A stretch of DNA of 42,140 nucleotides, from NCBI GenBank assembly GCA_937910255.1, contig CALEOQ010000293.1:1-42140 (forward strand), given 5' to 3'. How positions within the stretch are numbered: the stretch's first letter is position 1; every line of letters starts with the position of its first letter. Below the pieces are notes generated by a model. The model made no database searches and was not told the DNA's origin. It saw only the letters and a list, made by a program, of their open reading frames with translations. Both the position numbers and the translations under genes were made by a program. Positions 34,070 through 42,140 of the stretch are shown one piece after another. This DNA is from an uncultured Caulobacteraceae bacterium (lineage in GTDB: Bacteria > Pseudomonadota > Alphaproteobacteria > Caulobacterales > Caulobacteraceae).

Positions 34070-37000
34070 ATGCAACAGCAGCAGGATGGCGGGTTCGTGC
34101 ACCTTCGGGTGCGCTCAGCCTATTCGCTGCTGGAAGGGGCCATCAAGGCGGACGCCGTCGGCGCCCTGGCCGCGGCCCACGACATGCCCGCCGTCGCCCT
34201 GACCGACCGCACCAACCTCTATGGGGCGCTGGAGTTTTCCGTCGCCACCCAGGGGCAGGGGGTTCAGCCCATTGTCGGCTGCGCCCTGGCGGTGACCGGC
34301 ATTGGTGATCGCCAACCGGAAAAATGGGCGCGGACGCCCACGATCGTGCTCCTGGCCCAGAGCGAGGCGGGCTATCTCAATCTCTCGCGCCTGTCGTCCA
34401 TGGCCTATATCGACAGTGTCGGCGGCGTCGAAGAGCCGGCGGTGGCCTGGGCCAAGGTGGTTGAGCACGCCGAGGGGCTGATCCTGCTCTCGGGCGGCTG
34501 GGACGGTCCGGTCGATCCCCTGATGGCGGCGGGCAAGACGGCCGAGGGCCGCGCGGCCCTGGAGGAGATGCTGCGCGTCTTCGGCGATCGCTTCTATGTG
34601 GAGCTTCAGCGCCACGGCCTGTCGGCCCAGGCCTTGGCCGAGCCGGAGCTGGTGGCCTTCGCCTATGAGCGCGACGTGCCCCTGGTGGCGACCAACGACG
34701 CCTATTTCGCCAAGCAGGACATGCACCTGGCCCACGATGCGCTGCTGTGCATCGCCGATGGCGCCTTTGTCGGCCAGGATGAGCGCCGACGGGTCAGCCA
34801 GGAGCACTGGTTCAAGCCGGCCGCCGACATGCGCGCCCTGTTCGCCGACCTGCCGGAGGCCTGCGACAACACCCTCGATATCGCCCGGCGCTGCGCCTTC
34901 ATGGTCCGCAAGCGTGATCCGATCCTGCCGCGCTTCCCCACCGAAGGCGACCGCACCGAGGCCGACGAACTGGCCCACCAGGCCCGGGAGGGCCTCAAGG
35001 GTCGCATCGCCCGCGGCCAGGCCAGTCACGCCCCGGAGGCGGAGTATTTCGAGCGGCTGGAACGGGAGATCGGGGTCATCACCCAGATGGGCTTCCCCGG
35101 CTACTTCCTGATCGTTGCGGACTTCATCAAGTGGGCCAAGGCGCACGATATTCCGGTGGGCCCGGGGCGGGGTTCGGGCGCGGGCTCCCTGGTGGCCTAT
35201 TCCCTGACCATCACCGACCTGGACCCCCTGCGCTACGGCCTGCTGTTCGAGCGCTTCCTGAATCCTGAGCGGGTCTCCATGCCCGACTTCGACATCGACT
35301 TCTGCCAGGACCGGCGGGAAGAGGTGATCAGCTATGTCCAGCAGCGCTATGGCCGGGACCGGGTGGCGCAGATCATCACCTTCGGCACCCTGCAGGCCCG
35401 GGCCGTGCTGCGTGACGTAGGCCGGGTGCTGCAATTGCCGCTGGGCCAGGTGGATCGCCTGGCCAAGATGGTGCCGGCCAATCCCGCCAATCCGGTGACG
35501 CTGGCCAAGGCCATCGAGATCGAGCCGCGGTTGCGACAAGCGCGCGAAGAGGACGAAGCAGTGTCGCGTCTGCTGGACGTGGCGCTCCGTCTGGAGGGCC
35601 TCTACCGCAACGCTTCGACCCACGCGGCGGGCCTCGTGATCGCAGACAGGCCGCTGACCGAACTCACGCCGCTCTATCAGGATCCCCGTTCGGACCTGCC
35701 GGCCACCCAGTTCAATATGAAGTGGGTGGAAAGTGCGGGGTTGGTGAAGTTCGACTTCCTCGGCCTCAAGACGCTTACGGTTATCAACCGGGCCATGCAG
35801 TACTTGGTGCAACGTGGGGCGGGCTTCCCGCTTGCTGATTTGCCGTTGGACAATACGCCGGCCTACGACGTGATGGCCCAGGGCCACACGGTGGGCGTCT
35901 TCCAGCTTGAAGGTCAGGGGATGCGTGACACCCTGCGTCAGCTCAGGCCAACGTCGCTCGAAGAGGTGACCGCGCTCATTTCCCTTTATCGGCCGGGGCC
36001 GATGGACTCGATCCCTGAGTATGTCGACTGCAAGTCTGGCCGCAAACCGGTGGATGTATACCATCCGCTGCTTGAGCCGGTGCTGTCGGAGACGTACGGC
36101 GTTATCGTCTACCAAGAGCAGGTGATGCAGATCGCTCGCATCATGGCGGGATACTCTCTTGGCGAGGCCGACCTCCTGCGCCGGGCCATGGGTAAGAAGA
36201 AAAAGGAGGAGATGGACCAGCAACGCGCTCGCTTCGGCGCGGGCGCCGCTGAGCGCGGCGTCGACAAGGGCCTGGCCGACATGCTGTTCGAGGCCATGGC
36301 CAAGTTCGCGGGCTATGGTTTTAACAAGTGTCACGCGGCGCCCTATGCGCTGCTCAGCTACCAGACGGCCTGGCTGAAGGCGAACGCGCCGGTCGAGTTC
36401 TTCGCCGCCTCCATGAGCCTGGATATCGCCAACACCGACAAGCTGGCGGTCTTCTACCAGGACGCCAAGCGGTTCGGCGTAAAGGTCCGGGCGCCCGACA
36501 TCAACGCCTCGGGCGCGGACTTCGAGGTCGAGGCCGGCGAGGTGCTCTACGCCCTGGGCGGCATACGCAATGTCGGCCTGGCGGCCATGGAGCATGTGGT
36601 CGAGACCCGCCGGGAAGGCGGTCCCTTCCGCGACATCTTCGACTTCGTCGAGCGGGTCGATCCGCGCCATGTGAACAAGCGCACCTTCGAGACCCTGGCG
36701 CGGGCCGGGGCCTTCGACTCCATTCACCCCAACCGGGCCCAGCTGGCGGCGGCGTCCGACAGCCTGATCGCCTATGCCCAGAGCATGGCCGCCGACCGCG
36801 CCTCGGCCCAGGCCAGCCTGTTTGGCGGCGACCAGGCCGGCGTGGGCCGTCCCCGCATGCCGCGGGCCGACATGTGGACGCCGGTCGAGCGCCTGGACGA
36901 GGAGCTGTCGGCCGTCGGCTTCTATCTCTCGGGCCACCCTTTGGAGGACATGGTGCCGGCCCTGCGTCGCCGCCGCACCGAGCTGCTGACCGATGTCATC

Positions 37001-37513
37001 GTCCGGGCCGAGGCCGGCGCCGAGGTGTTCCGCATGGCCGGCGTCGTGCGGCGCAAGCAGGAACGGGCCTCCCAGTCCAGCGGCGAGAAGTTCGCCTTCG
37101 TCACCCTGTCCGATCCGACCGGGGAGTATGAGGTGCTGTTCCCGCCGGAATCCCTGCGTCGCTGCCGCGACGTGCTGGAGCCGGGACGGGCGGTCTCCAT
37201 CAAGGTCCGGGCCAAGGCCCGGGACGGGGAGGTGCGGTTCTTTGGCGACGACGCCGAGCCTGTGGAAAAGGCGATCGAGAACGCCGTCGCCGGTCTTCGG
37301 GTGCATCTGGCGCCCCGCAGCGCCGAGATCGACGCCTTGAAGCGCAGGCTGGAAAGCGCAGCCAACAGCCGGGGCGGGGAGATCATCCTGACCGCGCCGG
37401 TGGAGGGGGGCCGTGAGGTGGAGCTGAAGCTGCCGGGCCGCTTCACCCTGGACGGGTCGGTTCGCGGCGCCCTGAAGACCTCGCCCGGCGTCCTCTATGT
37501 GGAGGACATCTGA
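34070..37513 (+). CDS. dnaE: DNA polymerase III alpha subunit (DnaE1-type, ~1147 aa)
   Basis: PHP domain, [34 protein letters not shown], clamp-binding QASLF, OB domain. GGAGG RBS before ATG 34070 (34046 is an alternative start). Confidence 0.97.
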   Translation: MQQQQDGGFVHLRVRSAYSLLEGAIKADAVGALAAAHDMPAVALTDRTNLYGALEFSVATQGQGVQPIVGCALAVTGIGDRQPEKWARTPTIVLLAQSEAGYLNLSRLSSMAYIDSVGGVEEPAVAWAKVVEHAEGLILLSGGWDGPVDPLMAAGKTAEGRAALEEMLRVFGDRFYVELQRHGLSAQALAEPELVAFAYERDVPLVATNDAYFAKQDMHLAHDALLCIADGAFVGQDERRRVSQEHWFKPAADMRALFADLPEACDNTLDIARRCAFMVRKRDPILPRFPTEGDRTEADELAHQAREGLKGRIARGQASHAPEAEYFERLEREIGVITQMGFPGYFLIVADFIKWAKAHDIPVGPGRGSGAGSLVAYSLTITDLDPLRYGLLFERFLNPERVSMPDFDIDFCQDRREEVISYVQQRYGRDRVAQIITFGTLQARAVLRDVGRVLQLPLGQVDRLAKMVPANPANPVTLAKAIEIEPRLRQAREEDEAVSRLLDVALRLEGLYRNASTHAAGLVIADRPLTELTPLYQDPRSDLPATQFNMKWVESAGLVKFDFLGLKTLTVINRAMQYLVQRGAGFPLADLPLDNTPAYDVMAQGHTVGVFQLEGQGMRDTLRQLRPTSLEEVTALISLYRPGPMDSIPEYVDCKSGRKPVDVYHPLLEPVLSETYGVIVYQEQVMQIARIMAGYSLGEADLLRRAMGKKKKEEMDQQRARFGAGAAERGVDKGLADMLFEAMAKFAGYGFNKCHAAPYALLSYQTAWLKANAPVEFFAASMSLDIANTDKLAVFYQDAKRFGVKVRAPDINASGADFEVEAGEVLYALGGIRNVGLAAMEHVVETRREGGPFRDIFDFVERVDPRHVNKRTFETLARAGAFDSIHPNRAQLAAASDSLIAYAQSMAADRASAQASLFGGDQAGVGRPRMPRADMWTPVERLDEELSAVGFYLSGHPLEDMVPALRRRRTELLTDVIVRAEAGAEVFRMAGVVRRKQERASQSSGEKFAFVTLSDPTGEYEVLFPPESLRRCRDVLEPGRAVSIKVRAKARDGEVRFFGDDAEPVEKAIENAVAGLRVHLAPRSAEIDALKRRLESAANSRGGEIILTAPVEGGREVELKLPGRFTLDGSVRGALKTSPGVLYVEDI

Positions 37514-37555
37514 GCCCGCCTGCTCGAAGAGATTTGGCCAAGCTGCGCATCAGGC

Positions 37556-37584
37556 TTGCTTTTTCCGGCGTCTGAGCCTATCTC
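37556..37584 (+). promoter_or_regulatory. Putative promoter of rpsB-tsf
   Basis: TTGCTT-N17-TATCTC about 10 nt before the leader RNA. Confidence 0.45.
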
Positions 37585-37593
37585 GCGGCCCAT

Positions 37594-37690
37594 CACACAC
37601 GCAGGCGTTCGGCGACCGACGGGGAGACATCCCAGAGGTTTCCGTTCCGGGCTCCCAAAAGGGGTTTTGGCTTGCGGAGGCATACCGGAA
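37594..37690 (+). ncRNA. rpsB 5' leader (t44/S2-type autoregulatory RNA)
   Basis: Characteristic CACACACGC...TGCGGAGGCATA ends, with CGCAGG/CTTGCG closing helix, directly upstream of rpsB. Confidence 0.75.
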
Positions 37691-37704
37691 AAAGGAGCCA
37701 TTCA

Positions 37705-38523
37705 ATGGCGCTGCCCGACTTCACCATGCGTCAGCTTTTGGAAGCTGGCGCCCACTTCGGTCACCAGACCCACCGCTGGAACCCGAAGATGGAGCGCTAC
37801 ATCTTCGGCGCTCGCTCGAACATTCACATCATCGACCTGTCGCAGACCATTCCCCTGCTGCATCAGGCCCTGGTCAAGGCCCGCGACGTGGCCGCCGGCG
37901 GCGGTCGCATCCTGTTCGTCGGCACCAAGCGCCAGGCGTCCGATCCCGTGGCGACGGCGGCCAAGCGCTGCGCCCAATACTATGTGAACCACCGCTGGCT
38001 GGGCGGCACGCTCACCAACTGGCGCACCGTGTCGGGCTCGATCGCCCGCCTGCGCGAGCTGGAAGGCCTGCTGGAAGGCGAAGGCGTCGGCCGCGGCAAG
38101 AAGGAGCTGCTGCAGCTCACCCGTGAGCGCGACAAGCTCGAACTGTCCCTGGGCGGCATCAAGGATATGGGCGGCATCCCCGACCTGATGTTCGTGATCG
38201 ACACCAACAAGGAAGCGATCGCCATCCAGGAAGCCCGGAAGCTCAACATTCCGGTGATCTCGATCCTGGACACCAACTGCGATCCGGCCGGCATCACCTA
38301 TCCGATCCCGGGCAATGACGACGCCGCCCGCGCGCTGCAGCTCTATTGCGACCTGATGGCTGACGCCATTCTCGACGGCCTCACCGCCGGCCAGGTCGCT
38401 TCGGGCGTGGACCTGGGCGCCTCGGAAACGCCGATGGAGCCGGTCCTGGCCCAGACGGCCGCCGCCGAGGCTCCGGCCCAGGCTGCTGCGCCGGCCGAAG
38501 GCGAGCCCGCCGCTCAATCGTAA
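37705..38523 (+). CDS. rpsB: 30S ribosomal protein S2
   Basis: [51 protein letters not shown]. Confidence 0.98.
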   Translation: MALPDFTMRQLLEAGAHFGHQTHRWNPKMERYIFGARSNIHIIDLSQTIPLLHQALVKARDVAAGGGRILFVGTKRQASDPVATAAKRCAQYYVNHRWLGGTLTNWRTVSGSIARLRELEGLLEGEGVGRGKKELLQLTRERDKLELSLGGIKDMGGIPDLMFVIDTNKEAIAIQEARKLNIPVISILDTNCDPAGITYPIPGNDDAARALQLYCDLMADAILDGLTAGQVASGVDLGASETPMEPVLAQTAAAEAPAQAAAPAEGEPAAQS

Positions 38524-38531
38524 TTCGCCAG

Positions 38532-38603
38532 GCCCCGGTCACCGGGGCGCTGACGTTGCGATATCAAACTGTGACGGCTGGGCTCCATATGTGGCCCAGC
38601 CGT
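38532..38603 (+). other. Two hairpins in the rpsB-tsf spacer (possible attenuation or processing signals)
   Basis: GCCCCGGT/ACCGGGGC (38532-38548) and ACGGCTGGGC/GCCCAGCCGT (38574-38603). Confidence 0.5.
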
Positions 38604-38628
38604 TGATTCTAACCGAAGGAGCCGACCC

Positions 38629-39564
38629 ATGGCGGAAATCACCGCTGCGCTGGTCAAAGAACTGCGCGAGAAGTCCGGCGCAGGCATGATGGACTGCAAG
38701 AAGGCCTTGCAGGAAAACGGCGGCGACGTCGATGCGGCCATGGACTGGCTGCGCACCAAGGGCCTGTCCAAGGCCGCCAAGAAGTCTGACCGCGCTGCCG
38801 CCGAAGGCCTCGTGGCCGCCGCCGCGCGCAATGACGGCGCCGGCATGACCGGCGTGCTGGTCGAGCTGAACGCCGAGACCGACTTCGTCGCCCGCAACGA
38901 GCTGTTCCAGGGCGCGGCCAAGGACGTCGCCCAGGTGGCTCTGGACGTCGAAGGCGTCGAGGCGATCTCCGCGGCCAAGACGGCCAAGGGCGAAGTGGTC
39001 TCCGACGTGATCACCAATCTGATCGCGACCATCGGCGAGAACATGATGCTGCGTCGCGCCGCCCGCATGAGCGTGCCGGCAGGCGCCGTGGCCAGCTATG
39101 TCCACGCCGCCGCTGCGCCGGACCTCGGCCGCATCGGCGTGCTCGTGGCCCTGGAAGGCGCCGGAGACCAGGCCAAGCTGCAGGAGGTGGGTCGCAAGAT
39201 CGCCATGCACGTGGCGGCCACCAACCCGCTGTCGCTGTCCACCGACGACCTCGACCCCGAGGCCGTGGAGCGCGAAAAGGCGATCTTCACCGAGCAGGCG
39301 CTCGCCTCGGGCAAGCCCGCCGGCGTGGTCGAGAAGATGGTCGAAGGTCGCATTCGGAAGTTCTACGAAGAAGTGGTTCTGCTGAAGCAGGCCTTCGTCA
39401 TGAACCCCGACCAGACCATCGAGCAGCTGATCGCCGAACTGGCCAAGGAAACCGGCGCGCCCGTGACCATGAAGGGGTTCGTGCGCTTCGGTCTGGGTGA
39501 GGGCGTCGAGAAGAAGGTCGATGACTTCGCCGCGGAGGTGGCTCAACTGAGCGGTCAGGCGTAG
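38629..39564 (+). CDS. tsf: Elongation factor Ts
   Basis: [36 protein letters not shown]. Confidence 0.98.
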   Translation: MAEITAALVKELREKSGAGMMDCKKALQENGGDVDAAMDWLRTKGLSKAAKKSDRAAAEGLVAAAARNDGAGMTGVLVELNAETDFVARNELFQGAAKDVAQVALDVEGVEAISAAKTAKGEVVSDVITNLIATIGENMMLRRAARMSVPAGAVASYVHAAAAPDLGRIGVLVALEGAGDQAKLQEVGRKIAMHVAATNPLSLSTDDLDPEAVEREKAIFTEQALASGKPAGVVEKMVEGRIRKFYEEVVLLKQAFVMNPDQTIEQLIAELAKETGAPVTMKGFVRFGLGEGVEKKVDDFAAEVAQLSGQA

Positions 39565-39587
39565 AACCTCACGCAACCACAACATGG

Positions 39588-39627
39588 GGGCGCGGCCGCG
39601 TTCGACGCGCGCCGCGCCCTTGCGTTA
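39588..39627 (+). terminator. Hairpin/possible terminator after tsf
   Basis: GGGCGCGGC-CGCGT/ACGCG-GCCGCGCCC stem followed by TTGCGTTA. Confidence 0.5.
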
Positions 39628-39660
39628 TCTTGCCTGAGTCAGATTCGGAAAGCCGCGCCG

Positions 39661-40386
39661 ATGCCCGAAACCCTTCCTAGCCTTCGTTACAAGCGGATCC
39701 TGCTCAAGGTGTCAGGCGAGGTCCTGATGGGAGAGCAGGGTTTCGGCATCGATCCCAATACTCTTGAGGCCGTGGCGGAGGATATCGCCGAGGTTGTCAG
39801 CCACGGGGTCGAGCTCTGCTTGGTGATCGGCGGCGGCAACATCTTCCGCGGCGTCTCCCTGGCGGGCAAGGGCATGGAGCGCTCCAGCGCCGACTATATG
39901 GGCATGCTGGCCACGGTGATGAACGCCCTGGCCCTGCAGGGCGCGCTGGAAAAGGTCGGGGTCTTCACCCGCGTCCAGTCGGCCATCCCCATGGACGCCG
40001 TCTGCGAACCCTACATCCGCCGCCGCGCCATGCGGCATCTGGAAAAGGGCCGGGTGGTGATCTTCGCCGCCGGCCTCGGCGCGCCGTTCTTCACCACCGA
40101 CACCCCGGCCGCCCTGCGCTCGGCCGAAATGGGCTGCGAGGCCCTGTTCAAGGGCACCAGCGTCGATGGAGTCTATACGGCCGACCCCAAGAAGGCGCCG
40201 GACGCCGTCCGCTACGAAACGCTCAGCTACCACGATGTGCTGGCCCAGGACCTGCGGGTCATGGACGCTTCGGCCATCGCGCTGATGCGCGACAACCAGA
40301 TCCCGATCGTGGTGTTTTCGATCCGCGAACGGGGCAATTTCCTGAAGGTGCTGAAGGGCCAGGGCGTCTTTACGACGATCGCCTGA
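39661..40386 (+). CDS. pyrH: UMP kinase
   Basis: [44 protein letters not shown]. Confidence 0.97.
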   Translation: MPETLPSLRYKRILLKVSGEVLMGEQGFGIDPNTLEAVAEDIAEVVSHGVELCLVIGGGNIFRGVSLAGKGMERSSADYMGMLATVMNALALQGALEKVGVFTRVQSAIPMDAVCEPYIRRRAMRHLEKGRVVIFAAGLGAPFFTTDTPAALRSAEMGCEALFKGTSVDGVYTADPKKAPDAVRYETLSYHDVLAQDLRVMDASAIALMRDNQIPIVVFSIRERGNFLKVLKGQGVFTTIA

Positions 40387-40429
40387 CCCTCTCGCGCCCC
40401 CACGTTCGAACCACGATTGGAGGAGCCCC

Positions 40430-40996
40430 ATGGCCGCCGCAGAGAAGCCGGTTCTTGCGAGTTACAAAGATCGCATGGACAAGGCCGTCATCGCCCTGAA
40501 GGAAGAATTCGCCTCCCTGCGCACTGGCCGGGCCTCGGCCGGGCTCCTCGACCAGGTGATGGTCGACGCCTATGGCTCCACCGTGCCGATCAGCCAGGTG
40601 GCCGCAGTCAGCGTGCCGGAACCGCGGATGCTGACCGTCAGCGTCTGGGACAAGGGCGTCGCCGTCTCGGTGGAGAAGGCGATCCGCAATTCCGGCCTCG
40701 GCCTCAACCCCGTGGTCGATGGCCAGACCCTGCGCATCCCGATCCCGCCGCTGACCGAGGAACGCCGCAAGGATCTGGTGAAGGTCGCCGGCAAATACGC
40801 CGAGCAGCAGAAGGTGGCCGTGCGCAACATCCGTCGCGACGCCAATGACGACCTGAAGCGCGCGGAAAAGGACGGCGTCATCAGCCAGGACGAACAGAAG
40901 CGCATGGAGGGCGAGGTCCAGAAGTTCACCGATGAGGCGGTGAAGCGGGTGGACGAAGCCTTGAAAGTCAAAGAACAAGAGATCATGCAGGTCTGA
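40430..40996 (+). CDS. frr: Ribosome recycling factor
   Basis: [33 protein letters not shown]. Confidence 0.97.
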   Translation: MAAAEKPVLASYKDRMDKAVIALKEEFASLRTGRASAGLLDQVMVDAYGSTVPISQVAAVSVPEPRMLTVSVWDKGVAVSVEKAIRNSGLGLNPVVDGQTLRIPIPPLTEERRKDLVKVAGKYAEQQKVAVRNIRRDANDDLKRAEKDGVISQDEQKRMEGEVQKFTDEAVKRVDEALKVKEQEIMQV

Positions 40997-41033
40997 TCGT
41001 CGGTCTGTCGGCAAAGGACGCACGAGGAACCCC

Positions 41034-41810
41034 ATGGCCCGCAGCCCCGAGCCGAACGCCGCCGCGCCGGCCGCCGAACCTTCGGCGGGCGAGGGCTTGC
41101 ATGTGGCCCTGGTCATGGACGGCAACGGCCGCTGGGCCAAGCGCCGGGGCCTGCCGCGCAGCCTGGGCCACCGGGCGGGCGTGGAAGCCCTGAAGCGGAC
41201 CGTGGCCGCCGCGCCCGAGTTCAACATCCGCCACCTGACGGTCTTCGGCTTCTCCACGGAAAACTGGAGCCGGCCGGCCACCGAGGTGGCGGAGCTGATG
41301 GCCCTGCCACGCCGCTATTTCGAAAGTGATCTTGGTCGGCTGGAGCGGGAAGGCGTCCGCGTCCGCGTCATCGGGCGCCGGCAAGGGCTGAACCCCGACC
41401 TGATCGAGATCATCGAAGAGGCCGAGCGGCGCACGGCCGGCAATGACAGCTTCTTCCTGCAGGTGGCCTTCAACTATGGCGGCCAGGCCGATCTCACCGA
41501 CGGCGCCCGGCGCTTCGCCGAGGATGTGGCCGCCGGCCGGATCGCGCCGGCGGATCTGACCGAGGCGCGGTTCGCCGCCTATCTGTCCACCGCCGCCGCC
41601 CCGCCGCCGGATCTGATCGTGCGGCCGTCCGGCGAGCAGCGGCTTTCGAACTTCCTGTTGTGGGAGGCGGCCTATTCCGAGCTCGTCTTCCAGGACGTGC
41701 TGTGGCCCGACTATGGTCCTGAGCATCTCAAGGCCGCCATCGCCGAGTATCGCACCCGCGACCGGCGCTATGGCGGCGCCGTGGCTGATGACGCCCTTGC
41801 CGCCGGCTAA
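41034..41810 (+). CDS. uppS: Undecaprenyl diphosphate synthase
   Basis: HVALVMDGNGRWA, FSTENWSRP, NYGG, RPSGEQRLSNFLLW. Confidence 0.96.
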   Translation: MARSPEPNAAAPAAEPSAGEGLHVALVMDGNGRWAKRRGLPRSLGHRAGVEALKRTVAAAPEFNIRHLTVFGFSTENWSRPATEVAELMALPRRYFESDLGRLEREGVRVRVIGRRQGLNPDLIEIIEEAERRTAGNDSFFLQVAFNYGGQADLTDGARRFAEDVAAGRIAPADLTEARFAAYLSTAAAPPPDLIVRPSGEQRLSNFLLWEAAYSELVFQDVLWPDYGPEHLKAAIAEYRTRDRRYGGAVADDALAAG

Positions 41811-42052
41811 ACAGTTCGACTGGTCCAATCTCGCGATCCGCGCCGCCTCGGCCCTGGTGCTGGTGCCGGCGACCGTGGCGGCGGTGTGGTTCGGGGCCTG
41901 GCCCTTCCTGCTGCTGATCTCGGTCGGCGTGGCGCTTCTGGCCATCGAGTGGGCGGGGATGACGGCGCCCAAGGCCCCGATCCGGGTGCTGAGCACGGTG
42001 CTGGTCGGCGTGCTCGCCGGGGTGTTCCTGATCTATCTGCGCTATGTGCCCC
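41788..42052 (+). CDS. cdsA: Phosphatidate cytidylyltransferase, 5' part only (cut by contig end)
   Basis: NLAIRAASALVL...EW hydrophobic N-terminus in the frr-uppS-cdsA position; the frame runs into adapter. Confidence 0.8.
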
Positions 42053-42140
42053 AGATCGGAAGAGCACACGTCTGAACTCCAGTCACGTCGTAATCTCGTA
42101 TGCCGTCGTCTGCTGGAAAAAACAAAAGATAGAAGGCGTG
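42053..42140. other. Sequencing artefact: TruSeq indexed adapter (index GTCGTA) plus low-quality tail
   Basis: AGATCGGAAGAGCACACGTCTGAACTCCAGTCAC-GTCGTA-ATCTCGTATGCCGTC. Confidence 0.99.

Noticed and set aside
34094-34140. Degenerate PHP metal ligands ([13 protein letters not shown])
   Set aside because: Loss of PHP histidines is expected in proteobacterial DnaE that relies on the epsilon subunit for proofreading.
34070-37513. Intein or intron in dnaE
   Set aside because: Protein length is normal with no insertion. The known Y|CFNKSH split-intein site has Gly at the +1 position here.

Overview
A 42 kb, high-GC alphaproteobacterial chromosomal contig. Gene order and protein sequences point to Caulobacteraceae (Caulobacter/Phenylobacterium-like; inference). 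Untrimmed Illumina TruSeq adapter occupies both ends (about 1-156 and 42053-42140). Most of the window is a conserved core locus: clpX-lon-hupB-tRNA-Val, a small accessory islet (aldo/keto reductase, long GST, MarR plus a Tat-signal Acg/nitroreductase-like protein), tRNA-Asp, an AbgT transporter, the full nuoA-N complex I operon with two interleaved non-nuo genes, birA-coaX-rnj-mce-DUF1467, proS-lolE-lolD, a VOC gene, a 30-codon sidA-like SOS division inhibitor with tandem LexA boxes (not called as its own ORF in the track), dnaE, and rpsB (with t44/S2 leader)-tsf-pyrH-frr-uppS-cdsA (truncated). I found no integrase, transposase, CRISPR array or defence system. The most unusual signal is inside dnaE. 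An ~0.8 kb internal segment (~35520-36345) has clearly foreign codon usage and carries non-canonical residues in normally conserved motifs (FQLEG for FQLES; [10 protein letters not shown] for GFNKSHAAAY). This suggests a mosaic replicative polymerase with an altered nucleotide-binding pocket, directly downstream of a LexA-controlled promoter. All counts are by hand and no database search was run.
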